From assembly GCF_006345805.1 (NCBI RefSeq), contig NC_043004.1:43896001-43960000 (forward strand): DNA of 64,000 nt. The letters run 5' to 3'. Made by a program: the position numbers and the translations under genes. The DNA comes from Octopus sinensis. Lineage: Eukaryota. The notes beneath the pieces are model-generated. The model ran no database searches. It saw only the letters and a program-made list of their open reading frames with translations, and had not been told where the DNA came from. Positions 53,471 to 64,000 of this stretch are shown in pieces; within the stretch, counting starts at the first letter, position 1, and the number at the start of each line of letters is the position of its first letter.

Positions 53471-53886
53471 ATTTAACAAGAATTGTATTAGCATTTATAC
53501 ATTTAGGCAGGTTTAAAGGAGTGGTGGTGGGGGACTTTTTTGGGGGTAGGCATAGCGCAAAATATCATACTTGGGGGAGTGGTCAAGGAGTCAGTGGTAA
53601 GTTAGGTGAAAGAATAGATAAATAAAAAAATAAAAAATAAAAAATAAAAAATAAAAAAAAATAAAAAAATAAAAAAAATAAAATGTGTGCACATACATAC
53701 ATAAACACATATACATACACACACACATACGTACACATGTGTGCCTATACATACCTACACATACACAATACACATCATATATATATGTATGTATGTGTGT
53801 GTATGGTAGGTATGTAGGCACACATGTGTACGTAGTGTGTGTGTATGTATATGTGTTTATGTATGTATGTGCACACATTTTATTTT

Positions 53887-53923
<37 letters not shown>

Positions 53924-54082
53924 ATTTTTTTATTTATCTATTCTTTCACCTAACTTACCACTGACTCCTTGACCACTCCCCCAAGTATGATATTTTGCGC
54001 TATGCCTACCCCCAAAAAAGTCCCCCACACCACTCCTTTAAACCTGCCTAAATGTATAAATGCTAATACAATCTTGTTAAAT

Positions 54083-54132
54083 AGCTCCTGAAGATTTCTC
54101 TTGAATGAAACAGTACTAGTCCTGTAGAAGCT
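54083..54132 (+). ncRNA. Type I hammerhead ribozyme, mirror copy with a 1-nt deletion in stem I
   Basis: AGCUC-CUGAAGA...GAAA-CAG...CUG-UA-GAAGCU. Confidence 0.75.
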
Positions 54133-54171
54133 CCTTCTATATAATAAAATATATATATATATATATATATA

Positions 54172-54385
54172 TCACCTTGATTACATTGACCAACCAGTCC
54201 GTCAGGCGTCCATTTGACACCGCTGATCACAGCACGCTGTCCACTCCTCTTTGGGTCGCGCCTTTCTCATCCACGTGATCCGAATCGTCCGCCTGAAATC
54301 GTAACTCCACCGTCGTGGAGGCCTTCCAGGTGGTCGTTTCCGCTCGTGCGGGTACCACTCAACAACTGCGCGGGTCCATCGATGA
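54172..54385 (-). mobile_element. LINE 3' end, RTE-like, inserted in (TA)n
   Basis: RWTRAVVEWYPHERKRPPGRPPRRW...W.R.AR.KEEW C-terminal motif. Confidence 0.75.
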
Positions 54386-54397
54386 TATATATATATA

Positions 54398-54431
<34 letters not shown>

Positions 54432-54434
<3 letters not shown>

Positions 54435-55692
54435 AATAAATTATCTTAATTATTCACGAATGAAAATGACACTGATATCTCATTTTCACAGATGTGTTTA
54501 CCAAAATTACATAAAATTATCTTGAAATACTAAAGCGTAAATTTAGTTAATAAAATCGTTATTAGCTTCAGTCCTGGCCTCCAGACGACTTCGGAATCTC
54601 CTGCAACTCTTCTGTACAGACTCCTTGCTGAAGTTGTTGAATGCTGCCATAACCTTCTGTTCATCTTTGGTGTTAGAAGGAATTTCGTTGGTCTCTCGCT
54701 CAACTGCGCCACACGCATAATAATCAAAAGGGTTGCAGTGTAGAGAGTTAGGTGACCAGATGTTAGGGGTGATGCGGTCGTACAAAATACCTGACAGCCA
54801 AGACTGAGTTCTCCTTCTTGTGTGGCATGGTGCAGAGTCCTTTTGCCAGACATTGGGTCTCCCAGAAACCAGCCTCTTGAGCCAGGACAGCACTACCTCC
54901 TCCAGGCATTTGATATAGGTATCGGTATTAAGTCTGAGCCCGAGTGGGAAGTAGAATGGAGGCATAACATCGCCATCACGAGTGATCACTCCAAACGACA
55001 TAATGTTAACTGAATGTTTGGTTTTTATCACTCTCGGTACATGTTTTGGAGACGAAGCATACCAACGGTTGTTCTGTGTGTTCACCATCTAATCCTGGCC
55101 GAAACTTTCTTGTCAGAGAAAAACCAAGCATGTTCGGTTGGAGAAGATGCTTGAGTTTGTTCGAAAGCTTCGTAGCGTCTTCTTTATCATGCCTTTGATG
55201 GCTTGCGATAAAATTGGCCGTTGCTCATCTTGTATGAGGAGTACCAAATGTTTTCATGCACTACCTGCCTGATAAGAAACTCAGATATTCCCATGTCCCT
55301 GACAATGGACCAGATTGATTTGAATGGATCGTTGCGAATCATGGACTGAAACTCACCAACAGATTGAGGAATTATTTTCTTATCAGAACGATCAGAATGA
55401 GTTTTCCAAGCTGCTGTACCTTCGTAATCACCATTAGACACATCTAACTCTTTCCTCAGGTTGAGGCCCAAACACTGAAATGTTCCTATTGGTGCTTCCG
55501 ATGCGAATACCAAGCGGTACAGCGTGTTGTTTCAAACTTTCTGACAGAGTGAAGTGCGTCATGGTACCGTTTTTCTCACAGACGGTACCCACCAGAATCT
55601 ACTATATTGTGTAGTCAATAAAATCAAACAATGCTCATGGACGAACTAAAAAATATAAAATGACGACAATTTAACCAATCGCAACCAGTATA
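54432..55692 (-). mobile_element. Tc1/mariner DD37D (maT) transposon; transposase pseudogene 54543-55562
   Basis: QKDSAPCH...NPFDY with 37 residues between the second and third D (counted); HTH-like N-terminal ORF; TIR-like aaaatgacgacaatttaaccaatcgcaaccagta at the right end, left TIR degenerate. Confidence 0.88.
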
Positions 55693-55789
55693 TATGCGTG
55701 CGTGTGTATATATATATATGTGTGTATACATATATGTGTGTGTGTATCCGTGTGAGTGCGTATAGTCGAATGAATCGGTCTCGGTAAAT

Positions 55790-56338
55790 GTTTTAAAACC
55801 TGGTACTTATTTTATCATCAATCTCAGTTTTCAGCTGGTAGTTATTTTATCGACACCGAAAGGATGAAAACCAAAAAAAAACTCCGGTGAATTCGAACTC
55901 ATGATGTAAAAACGTGAGAAATACCTATTTCTTTACTACCCACAAGGGGCTAAACACAGAAGGGACAAACAAGGACAGACAAACGGATTAAGTCGATTAT
56001 ATCGACCCCAGTGCCTAACTGGTACTTATTTAATCCACACCGAAAGGATGAAAACCAAAGTCGACCTCGGCGGAATTTCAACTCAGAACGTAACGGCAGA
56101 CAAATACCCATTTCTTTACTACCCGCAAGGGATTAAACACAGAGGGGGCAAACAAGGACAAACAAACGGATTAAGTCGATTACATCGACCCCAGTGCGTA
56201 ACTGGTGCTTAATTTATCGACCCCGAAAGGATGAAAAGCAAAGTCTACCTCGGCAGAATTTGAACTCAGAACGTAGCGGCAGACAAATACCGCTAAGCAT
56301 TTCGCCCGGCGTGTTAACAATTCTGAGAGCTCGTTGCC
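55790..56338 (-). mobile_element. SINE family A head-to-tail trimer
   Basis: Full unit ~56105-56338, 3' unit ~55920-56105, partial unit ~55790-55920, with identical junctions. Confidence 0.85.
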
Positions 56339-57046
56339 CTAGCTAAGATTAATATTAAATTACAGACTTCGTTGTTAAGTTTGTACTTGGTGGGAAATGA
56401 ATTATGTAAGTTGCTTTGTTTGTTTTTTATTTTATTTTTTTGCTTTTATGTTTGTTTTTCCCACGCTCGTTCTCCCCGGATAGACTCACATAATTACTTC
56501 AATCACTAAGTATCCAAGTATGTATTAGGCTAACTTTTTTCACTTTATCTTTACTGTCGATAGTTGGCTGTTTGCATGAACTCAAATTATGAATACTAAG
56601 TATATTTAGCAAAAGCACGGGGTCATTGTATATACTGGGGCTGCGAATATTGCGAGTGTGATAATAGAATACTTCAGAACAAATTAAAATATATGAAAGC
56701 AGAACTGTTTCTATACAATAGAACCATGGCCCATAATGATTTTACTGTTCCATTACTAGTAACAATGTGTGCCATATAAAAGTGAACAATTCAAGAACGA
56801 TGCAACTTAAGCATGGAGACTAGAATTATGCTGTTCAAGCTGGGAACACTGAGAGGTTTCCTTTTAAACGGTAGCAAATGATGTTGTATGCTACATTGTA
56901 TGTCTGAGACCATATGTGAACACAATAGTGATGAGCGTGTACACCGAAAGTCTATTAACCAGTGAAATAAATGAAATTGTATTAAGCAGCGAAATAAATA
57001 ACCGATTGTAAGTCGCGGATGAACACTTGAGTAGGTACTCTGAGTT

Positions 57047-57280
57047 AAGTCGGCGAGCTGGCAGAAACGTTAGCACGCCGGGCGAAATGCGTAGCCGTAT
57101 TTCGTCTGCCGTTACGTTCTGAGTTCAAATTCCGCCAAGATCGACTTTGCCTTTCATCCTTTCGGGGTCGATTAAATAAGTACCAGTTACGCACTGGGGG
57201 TCGATGTAATCGACTTAATCCGTTTGTCTGTCCTTGTTTGTCCCCTCTGTGTTTAGCCATTTGTGGGCAATAAAGAAATA
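57047..57280 (+). mobile_element. SINE family A, full length
   Basis: TSD core actctgagt at 57037-57045 and 57284-57292. Confidence 0.9.
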
Positions 57281-58299
57281 GGAACTCTGAGTAAAGAAAT
57301 GTTACTTGTAAGACAAGTACAATCTGCTTATATAGGTACTTAGTGGAGAAACAAACTTTGCATGAGCAACAATTTATGCATTGGCACATATTCCGTGAGC
57401 TCAGGGGTAGAACTAGAGTACTAGGAAGTGTTGCAATTTCTAGAACTGTTGTAGAAATATAATTTGCAAATTGGTGACAGGTGACAGATAGTAAATAACT
57501 AATGAATAAGAAAGAGAAGGTCAACTTTAAGCACCCACGCTCCAAAAGTATTTGTCAAAGGGACCACAGCAGGGCAGAATATATATCAGCTAATTTCATT
57601 AACTGCCAACAAATGTAAACATGACAGCAAAACGTCAATGAAACATGCCTTTGTAGCTGAAGACATTGATAATCTTCAGTGAGAAAAGCATTATCCTGGC
57701 GGTCAAAACAAATTGATAGAAGGATCATTATGCATTCACCACTTTACAAATAAAAAAGACTAGAAGAAACTTTCAATAAAAGAAGTTACTTGGTGCAAAC
57801 AAAAGGCTACGAGAGTTCGTATAAAAGAAAAATAAGAAGTCTTGCAATGCTATTTAGGTCAGTAACATAACTGTGCGAAATATCTCGTCAAAAATTTAGC
57901 ATTTAAACCAGCAGTATTTTATTTCATTTTCAAACCATCTATATCTGACCTCGCATAACTATTCTGGAATATCATTCTATAAATATACAATCTTATCATT
58001 GAAATTTCAGAGCTGCAAGAACATACACCATTAATTCGAAACAGTATGAATGAATAAGTATTACATTCGAGAGAGTAGTTTGAATGCTAAAGGGCATAAG
58101 AGGTCCATAAAATAGATATTCATTTGTACGTAATAACAGAGATGTATTGTGTCATCTAAATTTGTATAAGGGAATTGAAACTGTGCGTTTTTCTTAAAAT
58201 GAGCGAAACATAATGACCAGTACTTTCGAAATCAGATGTTTTAGTGATATACTTACTGAGAGTAAAACCTTCCTCGTCAGGTTATGAAACTGGTGCAGC

Positions 58300-60460
58300 A
58301 GTACTCGGAGGAAACCGAGGGTTTTGTGGCCTGCAGCTAATGAGGACGGAAAATATAAGGAATTTGAAAACAAGGTATGTAAAGTTCTTTATAAAATGAC
58401 AGGATCTACAGTGTAGAAACTGGGAAAGATAACAAGCTCACTTTACGGTACAAGAAAGGATTATTTGGAGTGAAAGAGAGTATCCGATTAGCGAAAGGAG
58501 GGTGTGAACCAAGCAGGAGGATCAGGAAAATAAAACATTTCAGGAAAGAAAGACTAGCGTAAGTAAGCGATGGAAATGTTCAACAGAAGATGAAAAACCT
58601 GGCCTCGCGCTGCTGTACGACCATTTGAATAGGAAATGCCGTTATGTGCCACGACATATTAGCCGATATGAGCGACGAAAGGAAAGTAAAAGGACTCGGG
58701 GACAGTTTCTGAAGGACCCGTACGGGTTTACTAAGAAGCTGTTCACTGAACCGAAGAGTGGCACTTTATCGTGCATGAAAGAATTGGACGCTCATATCAA
58801 AGAAACTTACAGTGATCCACACCGTACCTAGCCACTGCTACCTCTACATGGGCTAAAGCATCTCATAGAACCTGATATCGAATTTCAAATTGGGGACATC
58901 AGGGAGATAGAGGTGAATGATTTCGTTAGAAAAGCTAGAGGAAAGAGCCCCAGGAGGTGATGGCGTCTCGTATAAAGTTTACAAATATTGCAATCGCCTA
59001 CAAAAGAAGCTCTTTGTCCTGTTCCGACAGCTGTGGTGCGAAGAGAATCTAGTAGAGGATGGGTGTAAGGCAGAATGCATATACCTGATGAAGGGAGCCA
59101 GTGCAAAGACTATAAAAGAGTTTAAGCCGATATCCTTAATGATTGTGGAAGGCAAGATCTTTATAGGAATTCTTTCTGAGAGTCGTGACATATTTACATA
59201 GTAATGGATATATTGGTGAATCTATTCCAAAGTCCGGAATCCCTGGGATCCCTGGTTGCGTTGAACACAATTTTGTTTTTATTTGGAAAGCGATCCAGGA
59301 TGCGAAGCAGAATAAGAGAAGTTAGAACGCGGTATGGCTTGACCTAGCTAAGTAGCTCGTAGCACACGAATTACTGATGCGAGTCATGCACCACTTCCAC
59401 ATTCCAGTAAAAGTAACCAAAATAATGAGGATATATTATAACAGTTTCTGGATGAAGTTTGCAGTAGGATATTTCAAAACAGATTGGCACCGATTGGAGA
59501 TTGGCATTACTGCTGGCTGTACAATAGCTGTCACGTGGTTTGTTTTAGTTATGGAGATGATTTTGAAAGCCGTGGATTTTTCGAAAAAATTCGGCCATGT
59601 AAAATCGCCTAACAAAGCCTTCATGGATGACGGGACACAGATAAGCAAATCATGCAGAGTGCCCTCTTGAGACTAGGCCGGTTTTTAAGGTGGTCAAGGA
59701 TGCGGTTTAGGGTAAAAACGTCACATAGTCTGACATTTTTTAAGGGAGTGCAGAAAGAATTTAAGTTTCGAATAGCTGAGGAAAGCATTCCAACAGTCAA
59801 AAAAAACATGTCAAGAGCTTGGGGCGAGTATATACTGGAACATTGTTGGACAGGTGTCGTGGAATGGAAATTATGAAACAAGCCAAGGGTGGATTATCAG
59901 CGATTGATAGATAAATCAAAGTTACCTGGTAAATATAAAATTTGGTGCTTACAGTTGGGCTTGTATCCGCGATTTTCGCGGCCACTTTGAATATATGAGG
60001 TAGCATTGTCACAAGTTCACATTATTGAAAAGAAACGTAATGTGTTCATAAGAAAGTGGCTAGGACTACCTCGGATGTTGAACAGTTCAGCTCTTTATCG
60101 AAAAAAGATGCTCGTTGCAGTTACCACTAGCGTCAATAGTCGAAATATATATAAAGTGGGGAAAATACGAACGGTGATGATGCTGAGAGTCGAAGGACAT
60201 AGAAATCAGGTGAAATCCACCATAGGTGAAGACAGCCAGGAAGTGGAAAGCAGAAGCAGAGACTAACGACATCTCTTCTCTTACACACCGTGACATGGTG
60301 GGTATAACGCAAAATCATCGGCAGGGACTTGGTTTTGGCGCATGTCAGTTCAGACCGTTTGCAAGTATCATGCGGAGCGAATGCAGATCTGTTGTGTGCG
60401 ATGAAAAATGAAACGTTCCCGAAACGCCGCACATTCTTTCCTGAAGACCCCATATACTTG
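58300..60460 (+). pseudogene. HERO (R2/Hero-clade) non-LTR retrotransposon relic
   Basis: RVLWPAA, FLKDPYGFTKKLF..PKSG, PISLMIVEGKIF, PGIPGCVEH, VWLDLA, EIGITAGCTIAV..FVLVME, AFMDD, LPGKYKIW, RKWLGLPR, RKWKAE, RQGLGFG. Confidence 0.85.
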
Positions 60461-62699
60461 CTGGCTTCCGGGATGCGGAATTGTCGACTGGTTTTGCAAA
60501 ACGTCTAAGTTTTTTTTTTAATTTCCATCGAAAAGCTTTTAATTGTGTGTTTGTGTGTTTCTATACTTGCATGCATATATACAAATATAGATACAAAAAT
60601 GTAGAAGCCTACATACATTATTTCATTCATATGCGTTTTTGCTTTAGAAATCGGTTCGTTTTTTTATGAAGAATACTTACTTTAGAAATTGCATTTAAGA
60701 ATGTGCATATGTGTATGTGTGTGTGTTTGAGTTTGTGTATGAATATGTATATATTTATATACGTGTGAGTATATATGTATTTAAATGCTACATACAGACG
60801 TGTGTATACATTCAAATACATAGACACATACACTCAGGGGCACAAATATATGTATATGCATATAGACGACTACGTGCATACATAAAAACTTGCATAGTAA
60901 TAAACATTCATAGAAAGCAATGTACCAGGATAATATTTATGAAACAAGAACAGACTTTATTAATACTCATATTTATTACCTCATACAACTAAAACTTTCT
61001 CGCCTATTGTAATATTAGCTTCACTGCCGTTTAACTAATTGTTAATCAAAAAGTATATACAGAAGCACTTTTTTGTTTTCTTCAAGTGGTCAGTTTACAA
61101 TTCTTAATATTTACAGAATGTCCAGTATTTTATTTGAAGTAAGTTTGTATGAAAACAAATGATGCCGTATTCACTTATCAATTTGTATATATTTTAAGGC
61201 TTTATTTCTTAGAATTTCCTTCGTGATGTTTTTCTTCTTAACAGTGATAACTTTTCTGGGTATTTGATTTGTTCTCAGTTTACACTTGTGTATAAAATGA
61301 ATTGACAGTCCTTATTTGCTTTACTTTCAAAAATATTGCCCTATAGAATATTTACTACTCTTGAGAATGTTTTATCTTATAATTATATATAATCGTTGAA
61401 TTTAATTATTCAATAAAAACGTCGTCTATATTCTATTTTTCTTTCAAAGTTTTCTTAAGCAATATCGGAGAGCTATATTTAATCTCACTGATGTACCATG
61501 TAGCCGTTTTTTTGGATAATGACGCGTGTGATACGATTTCGAATGAAATGTGAATTCGTCGTATTCATTTTCTATTTTTCGAATTATTAGAATGGTATTG
61601 TTTACAATATATAGTATGCCTCTGATAAATGAGTTTTCAAGTAAAAACAGAAAGAGAAACAACTACATCTCTTATAGAAAGAGATGAACAATCGGCGAAA
61701 CCAACTAAGTACAGAAGATTAATCTGATCTCATTCAAAACAGTAATGAAAAATGCATTAATACCATTTGTACAGTTTAAAACTTAGAGAAAACGCGATTA
61801 GTGAAACTGATTCAGTATTTCAATTTCTGACGAAGACGAGTCAAAGCTAATAAGCCCCTATGTAATTTAGCATGCTGTTGATATTTGATCTGTCTGTATA
61901 GTTTTTACATATGTACTGCTAAATTTCATATATAAAAAATTAAACATCTTATTGTCGACGTTCTTTACAATATTAATATATGAATTTCTACTTGAATTAA
62001 TACCTTGTTTAGATGTGTACACTACATATATTTCAACGTCTGAAACGTTGCTGCGAGTCACTGCAAGATTTCAGATTACATTTCTACGAGAAATGGTGTC
62101 TTTCAATACTGGTTGATAACTAATCCATGTAAATGTACTGTTCACGTTTATTGATAGTTGCGGCCGCGACAAATGCACATATAAATATAACTATTTAGCA
62201 TATTCAAAATATGTATGTCATGTAAAGCTGATAATTAACAATTATTGAACAACTTAAAAGCTTACGTGTTTTTGCGACAAAAAGCACTCTTCTTGATGGT
62301 TGAACAAAAATGTATCACTATAACAGTTCAGTTAGTTAAAAAATCCTTTCGATCAAAAGAAAATCCAAGTGCTATGAAGTGATAGCCAGTTCCCGGACAC
62401 TGGGCTTACTCTGCAAGAGTGGTTCTTTTAATAGCCTAGGCCCAGGTTTTTGTAATACTCAAATTTAAATTCATGAACTGTAAAACTTATATTTATTTCA
62501 GTGGAAATTGTTAGACAAGTTATACATATATCTATTGGATAAAGAAGTGAGTAAATAAGATGGGGAATGAAAATAAGCGATTAAACTCTAAAATCACAAT
62601 TGGCAAAAATCTATTGGTTCTGATAAAATTGCGACACCATATTTTCGTGTAAGCCATTTGAAATTGATGCAAGGTTGGGTGAAGTTTTCTCTGGATAAT

Positions 62700-64000
62700 T
62701 TTTGAAAGTTTACTTTCATTTATGCATACAATAAATTAGATATTGTCTTATATTCTCAATTTAATAGTTCCTCCAATACTATAACCTAAATTTAGACAAA
62801 TGTTTAATACGCCTGGAAAAGAGGACAACATATCCGCCCAGAGGATCAAGGAGGTAGTAGGCGAAAAAGTGTCCAGCGGAAAAGGTGAAATTGTTAAATC
62901 TAGATTTTCATGTCTTCGTACGTTATCAGTAGGAAACATCCAATGTTAGCTGCAAGCTTAGACAAATTTAGTTACATCTACCTCTGATAAACATGTGGTT
63001 TTTAGCACTATACACCTCCGACAATTGAGTTCTTGACTATTCTAGTACCTCTTAGAACACTCCAACCGGCTGAAGTTTTAGAATATCTTTTTGATAAATT
63101 CGCATGCTTTTAAACATCACGGTTTGCCAAACATACCGATATTCTTTAACTTGTTTATATTTATTCATCTGTATCATTAACTGTTTGTTGTATTATTACT
63201 GTTATTTCCGTTCAGAACAGGTTTGAACATTTTAATAAATCGTTTTTCTTTCATCTTTCTTCCAACCTCTCTTTTGTCATCTAGTTTGTAGAAAGGAAAA
63301 ATTAGAAACATGTCTCTATATTTTCAGCCAATGAAATTTGGCGATCATTGGTGTTCCGGATTTGCTTTCTATGGACTCGTGAGCGCTCCGATAATTCATT
63401 CCCTGTCATGCCTATATACAATTCCTCGCAATTCGGGCATTTAATGCAGTAGATCGAATTACTGTTTTTGCAATTCATATCTGCATTTGTGAAAATCTGT
63501 CCATTTTTTTTTCTAGTGGATCTTCTCGTATACATGTATTGAGACGTTCCACATCTGTAACCATTACACTTGGATACTGTGAATGTGTTGTCTAGTTTGT
63601 TCATGTTGAACTTTGCCTTTGTTAAGAGTTTCTTTAGGTTATGTGATTGCCTTTAGCTTAAGATAAGTGTCTGATTAGCTATTGTGTTTTTGTAATTTTT
63701 CACTTTGTTTCATGATTGGCAAATTTGTTTTGAGGATGTTAAAAAGTGTTTGGTTATGTGGATTGTGTGTTACTAGAAATGGTATTGTGTTCGGTTGATG
63801 GGTTCGTCTTTTTCGTGTTCCTTAAGTTGTTCTATACGTATCTCTTTTGCGAGTTGTATGCTATTTTCTATAAGTAAGAGAGGGTAATTTTGCTTGAGCA
63901 GAAATCCTTTGAACTCTTCAAGTCGTATGTTTCTTGTATTTGTATCATCGACAATAGTACCAATTTTCCTGGCTAGATAGTACGAGATGTTACTATTTGT
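62700..64000 (-). pseudogene. Third PLE copy (3' half, runs off the window): RT thumb + GIY-YIG
   Basis: CNGYRCGTS linker, NSIYCIKCPNCEELYIGMTG.ELSER.R.HR.QI, FPFYK...KEKRFI..FKP.LN; left boundary uncertain. Confidence 0.88.

Larger units (their letters stand above)
53404..54148. repeat. Near-perfect 745-bp fold-back palindrome (PLE terminal-repeat derived)
   Basis: Arms are reverse complements almost to the centre (~53780), including mirrored (A5T)n and (CA/TA) microsatellites. Confidence 0.95.

Noticed and set aside
55790-56338. Regularly repeated units suggestive of a CRISPR array
   Set aside because: They are SINE multimers in a eukaryotic genome, with no unique spacers or cas genes
61835-61900. 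CUGACGA-A-GAC-GA-GUC-AAAG hammerhead-like motif
   Set aside because: G12 missing, no UH triplet and no stem I; too degenerate to support

Overview
AT-rich, microsatellite-saturated animal genomic DNA. From recall of its SINE families it is most likely an octopod cephalopod (Octopus-like); this is an inference that was not database-checked. No complete protein-coding gene, rRNA, true tRNA gene or CRISPR array is supported, and most ORFs in the track are translated microsatellites. The window is a dense graveyard of mobile elements. Retroelements include three Penelope-like element (PLE, Neptune-type RT + GIY-YIG) copies of different ages plus many PLE terminal-repeat remnants, a HERO (R2/Hero) non-LTR element, an R4/Dong-like RT relic, two RTE 3' ends, and many copies of about three tRNA-derived SINE families. 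DNA elements include a DD37D (maT) transposon, a mariner relic, a canonical non-autonomous Helitron and several MITEs. The most notable signals are (i) a near-perfect 745-bp fold-back palindrome with a type I hammerhead ribozyme (HHR) in each arm, (ii) about ten further HHR-like motifs, including a repeated non-canonical CUGUAGA core, and (iii) two isolated minus-strand exon-like segments resembling the N-terminal half of an NCAM/Fasciclin-II Ig domain, which is speculative.
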